Shown one piece after another: positions 24,186-32,634 of a DNA stretch of 64,000 nucleotides. The notes beneath the pieces are model-generated. The model ran no database searches. It worked only from the letters and a program-made list of their open reading frames with translations, and was not told where the DNA came from. The stretch's first letter is position 1, and each line of letters opens with the position of its first letter. The position numbers were made by a program, and so were the translations under genes. The DNA is from Cyanophora paradoxa CCMP329 (lineage: Eukaryota; Plantae; Glaucophyta). The stretch lies in the NCBI GenBank assembly GCA_004431415.1, contig QPMI01000123.1:1-64000 (forward strand), given 5' to 3'.

Positions 24186-25565
24186 ATGTCACGGATCGTT
24201 AGAAGGGTAGCGGGCGAGGAGACAGAGACCACCATACTACCTATCGCGTTCCTGAAACTGAGCAAGTCCCCCAAAAAATCACAAAACGCCAAGCAAAATC
24301 AAATTTATTAGGAGATGTTCCTTTAGCATTGCTAACCCGTCCTCTAAGATCGTGCGCCGCATGTATGACCCAAAGACAGGTTTTAAGAACCCATCGGCAT
24401 TGTACGAAGAGCTGAGAAAAGAGGACAAGAGCCTCACATTGAAAGAAGTGCAAGATGTCGCAGCGAAACAAGAATTTATGCAGATCAACAAGAAGCCCCC
24501 AGCACCGACCCAAACAGCTTTTATTCCCATCACAGCCCCGCCGTGGTGCTATCAAGCGGATCTCATCTTTTATCTCTCATATGGCAATTATAATTCCGGC
24601 TACATTGCAGTCCTTACTCTCATCGAGATGACAAGCCGAAAAGCATATGCCAAGAAGTTAAAGAATAAGGAGGGCGCAAGTGTTGCCGCCGCTTTTGCGG
24701 AGATGCTCACAGAGCTCCCGGCTCCGATGATTCGATTGGAGACAGATAACGGTTCGGAATTCATCGCGAAGGAGTTTCAGGAGGTCGTTAAAAATAATGG
24801 AATAGAACACCGCTTTAAACAGGTCGGAGATCACACTTCTCTGGGAATAATGAATCGCTTTCATTTGACCTTAAAAACGATGATAAACAATTACTGTGTC
24901 GCTTATAATACAGTTCGATTCATGGACAAATTGGACGACTTCGTTTTCAATTATAATAACACCATTCACAGAACCATAGGAATGAAACCCGCAGATGTTA
25001 AGCTTTCTGATATGGAGCGGATCCGAGCGGCTATTATTTCAAAGAAGAACACAATCGTAAAGGATATATTCAGCGACTTTAAGCCGGGTCTCCACGTCCG
25101 TGTATTATTGCCGAGATCAAAGTTTGATAAAGGAGCGACCCAAAGGTATAGCCGAGAGGTCTACAAAATTGCGGGAAGGAGAGGAAACGCGATAGAGGTG
25201 CAAGATGCAGCGGGAACGTAATGCCGAAGCTTTTTAAGCCGCACGAATTGCAAATCATTACAGAGGTCGAAGCTGTGGTCGAGCCATCAGGCAACGCTAT
25301 TTTAGCGGCTGATGTAGAGGCAGCTTCGATCCGGCAGGTTCAAAAAGAAGGCATAGATGTCGCCGCAAGTGTTCCAAAAGGCGCATTATTGGAAGATCGC
25401 GCAGAAAAGACAAAGAGGGCGCTAAGAGAGCTCGCGAAACTCACGATTGCCGGCACTGAGAAGCTCTCAGAGGTAAACAGTCAGAGGTGGTATAAATCGT
25501 TCAAGAATCAGAGCGCAAGCTATACAGCCCCTACTACGCGCATTCTTCGGTCATCTCGTTCATAA
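24186..25565 (+). pseudogene. Polinton-type rve integrase B, split by about three 1-nt frameshifts
   Basis: YQADLIF, LETDNGSEF, SLGIMNRFHLTLK (third acidic residue reads N), FNYNNTIHRTIGMKP. N-terminus MSRIVRR at 24186; C-terminal piece 25221-25565. Confidence 0.9.
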
Positions 25566-25603
25566 CAAACCCGAAATTATTTTCTCCGGTAAATATAAAA
25601 GAG

Positions 25604-25917
25604 ATGGAGGGTGAAAAGCATTTCGTGGACATTCCGTATGATAAAAAAGACGTTGCGAAATCCCTCGTGGAAAGTGGGATCGTGAGAATTCATGCTGGTA
25701 TGTCACGAAGAAAGATCACTCTCTATGCTCTCAGTTCAAAACTCTAAGCTATGAGCAAGTGTATCAAAGAAACGTGAAGGTTTACCTCGATATTCCTTAT
25801 GAATTTAAGGATCAAGCGAAGGCTGAGAAAGCCCGCTGGGATCCCGTTATGAAATCCTGGTATGTCATGGGTCTCGATCACCCGCTAATGGGCAAGTTTC
25901 CGATCAAGGAGCATTAA
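25604..25917 (+). pseudogene. Small protein with two tandem DUF5710-like domains (one frameshift); not in ORF track
   Basis: FVDIPYDKKDVAKSL(G)GKWDRENSCWYV ... YLDIPYEFKDQAKAEKARWDPVMKSWYV; needs one extra G at ~25665. Confidence 0.75.
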
Positions 25918-25942
25918 ATATATCTGTCGTTTTTTTCATTTT

Positions 25943-26335
25943 TTATGAAATTGGGAACCTTTGCTCGACCTGTAAGTCCCACTTTCGCACTTTCAGCCTT
26001 TCCTGTATGAGATCGTTAATGTCCTGTGCTATACCCATTGTCTTCGCTTCGGCATTTGAGCCGCATGTAAAGATATCGATCGCTAATAGCCCCTGGTCGC
26101 TATAAGAGTGAGCTGTGGCATGCGACTCATCTAATAGAAAGCCAATCGCGAAACCGGGAGGGGAAATAGAGCCATCGAAAATGCATGTGTGCTGGTGCAC
26201 GATGCGCATATTGCGATCTGTGATATATTGCGATAGGTTCGCTGTGATCCACTCGGCGCATGCCTCCGGGGACTCAGTAAACGGGTCGGTTATATAGTCG
26301 AGCATAACGTGGTAGCCGCGGTATCGGGAATCCAT
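25943..26335 (-). CDS. speD: S-adenosylmethionine decarboxylase proenzyme-like protein, short prokaryotic/viral class 1B fold
   Basis: GYHVMLD..., HTCIFDG...PPGFAIGFLLDESHATAHSY...LLAIDIFTCG: E-S-H autocleavage/pyruvoyl site and D-x-F-T-C-G motif; 130 aa, intact, intronless. Confidence 0.92.
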   Translation of the reverse strand: MDSRYRGYHVMLDYITDPFTESPEACAEWITANLSQYITDRNMRIVHQHTCIFDGSISPPGFAIGFLLDESHATAHSYSDQGLLAIDIFTCGSNAEAKTMGIAQDINDLIQERLKVRKWDLQVEQRFPIS

Positions 26336-26576
26336 TATTATTTAAGTCGATATTTTTACCCTGTTCATTTTATCATTTTTCATAGATCATGCATGTTGTT
26401 CGCATGTATCTTGCATAGTGGGCGGGGCGCGAGTGTATTTTAACGTGGTCTATCGTCGTACTTTGTCGATGGGGCTTACCTTGATCTCGCAAGTTTGTGC
26501 AGGTGGGCATTTTCGGCATGCTTGCTCATGCACAAACTTGCTTTAAAAAATATAAATCTCATTTTAAAATCATAAA

Positions 26577-26899
26577 TTAGCTCGTCCGAGTCTCACTATA
26601 ACACTGTCGGCATTTATAGTAGAGACCATCCTTCGTACTTTGCTTTTTATTATACTCGCTTGCAGGCTTCTCAATCTTGCAATCCGGGCATATCTTCGAT
26701 TGTACTTCGATTTTCGGACGCGTTTTTAAGACATTGTGATAGTGATCATTTTGATAGTCACGGTGGCACTCTATGCATCTCCAATATAATGTTATATTTC
26801 CCGACTTGCACTTGCGCAAAGGAACCACGATGCAGGCTTGACCTCTTTGCACACATTGCACAGTTTACTTTTAGGTAAGGGGAGCTGATTACCCGGCAT
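26577..26899 (-). pseudogene. Small double zinc-ribbon protein (one frameshift)
   Basis: MPGNQLPLPKSKLCNVCKEVKPASWF / PLRKCKSG..WRCIECH...KICPDCKIEKPASEYNKKQSTKDGLYYKCRQC: two C-x2-C..KP..C-x2-C units of the type seen at the N-terminus of viral endonucleases. Confidence 0.65.
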
Positions 26900-27289
26900 C
26901 TTTATACTTGTATAGTGGGAAATCTTTAAGTGGGGATATACGCACTATATAAGTTAATTTAACCTATCGGTGGGGCTCACCTTGATTTTCAAATTGGACT
27001 ACTGAAAACAGTTCGACAAGGATCAGGAACATTACGCAAAAAATAGGGTCTTACTGTCCTTACTGAGAGATCGGAAGGCGGAATAAAGGCTTACTGAAAA
27101 TGGTAAGGGATTAGAGAGAAGATTATATGTAGGTTTTTGTGATTGGTTTCAGTAAGGAGGAGTTAGATGTTTGAAAAATACAATGTGGCTCAGTGCGAAT
27201 TTGTGATTTTGTGACTGAGATTCGTGATGCTGAAAATGTGCTTATTGAAAATGGTCGCGGGAAGGTCGCGCAATTGGTGGGGGTGACCA

Positions 27290-28570
27290 CCCTGCGAGCA
27301 GCGACGGGTCGCAGGGCTCGCCGAGCGAGTCCCAGTACCGCGTCTTCGCCCCGCCGAGCACGAGGAGGGTCCAGTGGCCGCCGCTCGCCGAGCGCTTCTC
27401 GGCCCCGCGGCGCACGAGGCTCGTCGAGACGGGGCAGATGACGGTGCCGCCCTCGCCACGAGCGACAGTGCGCGCCGCTTACGGCGCTCCTCGCTCGCAG
27501 CCGCGTACCGGCGGAGGACCGAGGCGAGGATGTCGACGCTCATCGGGTAGAGGGCCCGCACGCGGCCGTTGTTGGCCTTGCGCAGGATGAGGGTGAGCAC
27601 GTTGGCGATGTGCGTGTCCGTGAGCCACTCGCGCGCGCCAAAGATCGGGACGCGGCGCGCAGGCGGGACGGGCGCGGGAACGGCGGCGGCGGCGGCGACG
27701 GGGTCGGCGCCCTCGAGGACGAGCCGCTGGCGCTTGAAGTCGGCGAGGAGGCTCGCGTCGCGCCCCGGTAGGTCCTTCAGGAACATCTCCACGCCGAGCG
27801 CGCTGATGAAGCCCCAGGTGCGGGCAAAGCCGCGCGAGGCCTCGCCCTCGACCTCGGAGCCAAGGCCGGCGTACCGCGTCAGCGTCTGCGTGACGAGGCC
27901 GAAGCGCTCGCGGCCGATGCTCAGCGTCGTCACGTTCCAGCGGTGCGGCCCGTCCCGCGCGAGGTCGGGGAGGCGCTTCTCGATCTCTCGCCGCACGCAG
28001 TTTGTGTCGCGGGAGGAGCCGTAGAGGGCGTCGGCGAGCGAGGCCATCGGCACCCAGAGCTGCAGGTCCGGAACCTCGATCCGCTTGGCGCGCAGCGCGT
28101 ACATGCACTTGCCGCCGACGCGTATGACGTGCAGGTCGAGGCGCGCGAGGGTGCGGGGCCGGCGGCGCTCGTTGGCGGCGTAGAACGAGGCGGCGGCGGC
28201 GCGCTTGCGCTGCTCGTCCGTGACCTCCCAGGCCTCGGCGACCACGTCCAGCACGTAGCGCATCGCCACCATCCGCGGCGGCGACTCGGGCGTGCACTCG
28301 CGCCGGCGGACGGCGCCCAGGGCCTCGAGCAGCAGGATGGCGTTCTCGTCGGGCAGCGGCCGCGTCGGCACTCCGTAGCGCGCGGTGAGGAGGTCCTCGG
28401 CCTCGGCCTCGGGCCCGTCGGGTCGAGGCGCGGCTCGCCGAGGACGCGCGCCAGCTGGCCGAGCACGCGGCGGGGCCCGCCGTCGTCGGGAGGACGACGA
28501 GGCGCTCCGGCCCCCAGGGCCCCGCGTACTCGACGAGCTCGTAGGCGTCGTGCACCGTCGGAAAGGACAT
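27290..28570 (-). pseudogene. Ulp1/C48-like cysteine protease gene, very GC-rich, intronless, frameshifted and 3'-truncated
   Basis: AREWLTDTHIANVL, then after a slip TVICPVS...GGHWTLLVLGGAKTRYWDSLG (catalytic His and Asp). The Q..CG catalytic Cys segment is absent where the sequence turns AT-rich at ~27290. Confidence 0.75.
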
Positions 28571-29101
28571 TGCGGCGGCGCAACCGATCGCGGGCGGCCG
28601 CGTGGGACGGGCCGCGGGGCAGCGGTGTGGGCCCCGCCAACTCTAGCCCCAAGGAGCAATGGGGCGCTTGGATTTATGTATCTGCCCTGCGCGATTGCGA
28701 GCTCGAAGTAGATAGGGGTACAGTTTTCGGTGCTCTCTGCAGTAAGGGTACAGGCACCGCCCTCTCGCCCTCCCCCCCCCCCCCTTCTTTTTTGGGGGGG
28801 ACGGTCGCAGTCGGTTCATCCCTGCACGCCACGATGAAACAGTGTCACAGTGCTCGAGATTTCGTACCTGTTTTGATTTCAAATTCCCATCTTGGTTTTC
28901 AGGTTTCCCTTCAAAAAAGCTTTGTGAAGCTTATAATTAAGCGATCGCAGCTCTAAATGTCTATCTCGAGTCAAATACAGAAATAGAGCCCCACCGTGCT
29001 GCCATCTGTATCGTCAGGGAGATCTAGAGCTCGAGGCTATAGCTATAGCTAGTGGTCTGACGAGATCTATAGAGCGAACATCAACATTGATATCGATATC
29101 G

Positions 29102-30022
29102 ATGAGGCTTCTGTGCTCAGACGGCGAGACGGTCGTGTGCCCGGGGGCCCTGGTCGCTGACAGCGAGCTCCTTGCCGACGTTTCCGAGTGCTCAGATGCT
29201 CACACAAACGCCATCCCCATGCCCATCACATCGACAGTTATCCTCGCGGCGGGCATCGCCCTCAACGACCGCTCGGCCTCCCGACCTTTCGCCTCGCTCC
29301 AAGTTCCGCACGGCGGGCCCGATTCGCGAGCGGCCCCCGCAATGGCCCTCATCGCCCGCCTCGGTGTCGCCGCAGAGTTTCTTCGCGCTCCAAAGCTCGC
29401 ACACGCGTGCGCAAAGCTCTTTGAGGGCGCGATTACGCACGAGAAGGCTCTCGGGGAACTCTGGGAGGATCATGTTCGATTCGCGACCGGCGCCGCCCCG
29501 CGGCGGGTTCGGAAGCGCAAGATAGAGGAGACGGTCCCTGTAAGAATCAGAGCGATTGATCACACGCCATTACACCGCTCAGAGGCCTTTGCACGGCAGT
29601 GGGTACCGCCGGTTCCATGGGCGATGCGAGGGCGCGTCCGGGGGGAGGGGACGGGCCCCGGGCCCCCTAGGGTTATTTTTAGAATCGATCCGGGTTCCGC
29701 ACCAAAATTGTTTCTGATGTCTACGAGCCCTCCCAATTGCTTGCGATGCGTTGGTGCGGGGCCCTCATTTTATTTTTCCGGTTTTTTTGCAGGGTTGGGA
29801 TCTGTATTGGATCTTTTGCTCGCATGTTGCTGCGCATGCGCACATGTTAAGCAACAGGCCCCTAGGCGTAGCTATAGTGAGCCCTGCGGAATAGCATACT
29901 GTAGCTTGGGTGTCGCAACGACTGCGCCGAAAAGGGTAACTTCTAAAAAAAGAGCAAAAAAAGACCGGGTAACGAGATTGGACCGGGTAAGGGGGGGGGG
30001 GCAACCCAAGTGGGAAACTTAG
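29102..30022 (+). CDS. Divergent Skp1/BTB-POZ-like protein; similarity ends ~29500 and the ORF runs into repeat-like DNA after ~29640
   Basis: MRLLCSDGETVVC...VADSELLADV...AIPMPITSTVI and LIARLGVAAEFLRAPKLAHACAKLF mirror Skp1 (L.SSDG..F.V...S..I..M...P+P; L..AANYL.I..L....CK). Confidence 0.65.
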   Translation: MRLLCSDGETVVCPGALVADSELLADVSECSDAHTNAIPMPITSTVILAAGIALNDRSASRPFASLQVPHGGPDSRAAPAMALIARLGVAAEFLRAPKLAHACAKLFEGAITHEKALGELWEDHVRFATGAAPRRVRKRKIEETVPVRIRAIDHTPLHRSEAFARQWVPPVPWAMRGRVRGEGTGPGPPRVIFRIDPGSAPKLFLMSTSPPNCLRCVGAGPSFYFSGFFAGLGSVLDLLLACCCACAHVKQQAPRRSYSEPCGIAYCSLGVATTAPKRVTSKKRAKKDRVTRLDRVRGGGQPKWET

Positions 30023-31146
30023 CCATGTTTCCCACCTGACGTTTCCCACCTGATGGTCCCCATGGGGGTCCTCCGCCCCGGTGTGTTACCTATAGGGTAA
30101 CATGCATGTGTTTCCCCCGGGAAACATACTTTCTTAGGCACCAGTGATGGTGTTTGTGTTGTACATGTGCTTCATTGTTTTTTGTCATGTTTTGTTGTTT
30201 GTTCATTGTGGAACATATGCTTTTCTTTTTGTTGTTGCAAGGGGGGGTACCCCCTCCCTTGCTCCCCTGGTGAATTGGTGCGGCGTACTTTCTGTGTTAG
30301 CAATTTTTGTAAGATGCGATTCTTTGCATGCGCTCTCGTATAGGCGTGATCACATCGTAGCCGCTGCGAGCGGAGGAAAAAAATGCAAGGGCGGGGCTGC
30401 GCAAACATGTCGAGCTCGCGCCTCACCTGCTATCGCTATATGCGCCAAACCACGTGCACCTAAATGCTCTCAATGCGCTCTACAAACTCTGCCATACATG
30501 CCTTGGCTCTAGAAGCGGCGCGTGGCTCGCTAGGCCGCCTCAAGTACCTGTTGTACCGGGCGCCGAAAAAAAGCGCTCCTGCGAGTTTCAGGGGATATCG
30601 TGTTGCAGTACCCGGCCAGATAGCCCCCCCCATAGCCTTGAACCGGGTACGCGTCACCCGGCCCTTCGCCCGGGTCCGCGGACGACACACGTTAACGTAG
30701 TCGCAAGCGAAGGTCAGCTTTGCTCGAGCTCTGGCGGCAAATGCACTCGCTGCGCATGCTGGAAGCACTTCGCTCGACCGGACACGTTGGCACGTGAGAG
30801 AGTGCAGAAAGAAGGCGCCCACTACGCAGCGTTCCGGTGCGCGCCCGGCTGCGTCGCGGCCTCGAGCTCGGCCTATAGCTACGCTCTCGGTTTCTAGATC
30901 TGACGGACTCCGGTTCAAGCAGACTTCAGCTCGGCGTTGTCATTCTCTTCAAGCACAAGAACCTGCACAAGCACGTTCAGTGCCGGAAGAAGGCGCCCGC
31001 GACGCCGCCTTCCGGTGCGCGCCGCTTGCAATTGGCCGAGGCCGCGCCGATGGTTCTGCAGCTGCAGCTGACTGCCGGCGCCTTTCGCCCGCCGACCGCA
31101 GATCCGAGCTTCAGCAGCAGCAACCTCTGACGCGTGGCCATGGGTC

Positions 31147-31248
31147 TGGCCTCGCCTCTAGCAGCAGCCTCTAGCAGCAGCAGCCTCGCCTGGCCTCTCA
31201 GCAGCCTCTAGCAGCAGCAGCCTCGCCTGGCCTCTAGCAGCAGCCTCT
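31147..31248. repeat. Minisatellite built from CCTCTAGCAGCAGC / CCTCGCCTGG units
   Basis: Directly visible imperfect tandem repeats. Confidence 0.8.
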
Positions 31249-31789
31249 CACGCGTGGGCACGTTGTCGGAGTGAACCTGTATCTGCCATATTGGTCTGCA
31301 TCGGCCCGCGCGCGCCACGCTGCCCTCGCGCACCGATGCCGGCGCCATGCAGCCGGCGGCAGGCTCGAGAGACAAGTGACGGCGCGGCTCGACGGGCGGG
31401 GCGGGAGCGCGGCGGGCTGGGTGCGGCTCGCCGGTCAAGCATGCGCATGCGCAGGCTATGAACAGGGCGCGGCGCCACCTGCCACCGCTCCGCCCGCTTC
31501 CTCGCCCGCCGCCCCGCCGGCTGCTTCAACTTCGTCGACTCCAGGTTCGCCACGCCGCTGCTGCTGCGCACCTGACCCGGCCGACCCCGCTGGGCCCCGC
31601 CCCCGCACAGTCGCTGTCCAGGGAGAGCTGACGTCGGCTCTGCGCATGCGCAGGCTAAGTGCATCCCACTGCCTCTCCTCCCACTTTCACGCCCGCCGCC
31701 GCCCTCGCCTGTCCGCCGCCGCCGCTCGCCACCCCTGCCCGCCTCGCCACCCCACCCCAGGCCCGTCCGCCTGCCCCGCCTCTCTGACC

Positions 31790-31910
31790 CGCATCCCCCC
31801 CCCCCCCCCGCCCCTCCCCCCCCCCCCCCCCCCCCTTCCCCCTTCCCCCGCCCCCGGCGCCCGCCTCGCCCGGCCGCCCGCCTCGCGTCTCTGCCCCCCC
31901 CCCCCCCTCT
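31790..31910. repeat. Poly-C low-complexity tract (G-quadruplex-prone on the minus strand)
   Basis: Runs of 10-20 C. Confidence 0.8.
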
Positions 31911-32634
31911 CAAGACCCCTGCAATGTGCACAAGTACCCCCCCTTGCACGTCCGCGCGCGGCCCGTACTTGCCGCACTTGCGCCCGGCCGGGCGCGGTCT
32001 GCTAGTACATGCCAAGATGTTTACTGTATTGTTTATTGTTTGCCAAGAATCGAACCTGTTCTGAATCGGCACTGAACCTGTTCTGAATCGGCACAGGAAA
32101 AAAGGGACTTTCCATTGACAGAACTGCCGGATACACAATTTGAGCCACAAAACTCCACTCTGTGGCAGATCGTCCCACTTCATACTTCCAAGCTCACTGG
32201 CAAGAGCAGTGGCTGCCACTGCTTTTTTAAAAACTTGAAAAGTCCGACGGTCACAGAGTCATACATCACTCAGTGACTTTTCCTTCTCATGTGGAGTTTG
32301 TCTCAGTGACCACAGTGAGTCAAGGCAGCACTGGCAGCCTTCAAGTGCATATCGAATTGAGTATACCAATGAGAGCATGCGCAACAACTCAACCACTGGC
32401 CTGCGATTCACAAGTTCCCCACTTACCAAACATGCTGGCACGACTGTTGGCAGCCCAGGCTGGGCCGCCCATGGAGCACAGTCCAGTCATGGAGCACAGT
32501 CCAGTCAGGCTGGGCCGCCCAGGAGCACATGGACTGTTCGCACCGCTCTCAATGCTGGCAGTTTGAGTCTGCCGTAGTACTAAACGGAATTTTCTTCCAA
32601 GGGGAACATGGGTTAATCTACTATGTAGCACTGA

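Larger units (their letters stand above)
16890..27290. mobile_element. Polinton/Maverick (adintovirus)-like endogenous viral segment, apparently composite; no capsid or ATPase genes visible
   Basis: Visibly AT-richer, intronless, densely packed ORFs including Polinton-type pPolB and rve integrases; sharp compositional edges. No terminal inverted repeats found. Confidence 0.85.

Noticed and set aside
16890-27290. Terminal inverted repeats / AG-rich Polinton termini and 6-bp TSD
   Set aside because: No matching inverted sequence found between the two edges by eye.
27290-27700. Polinton maturation (adenain-like) protease belonging to the viral segment
   Set aside because: Much higher GC than the viral genes, has the Ulp1-type WLxDxxI motif, and is truncated at the viral boundary, so it appears to be a separate unit.
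29666-29676. Telomeric repeat (TAGGGTTA)
   Set aside because: Single copy only.
30019-32616. Complete piggyBac-type MITE
   Set aside because: The right end GGGTTAA fits, but the candidate left end (TTAGCCATGTTTCCC) matches only loosely and not beyond ~15 bp.
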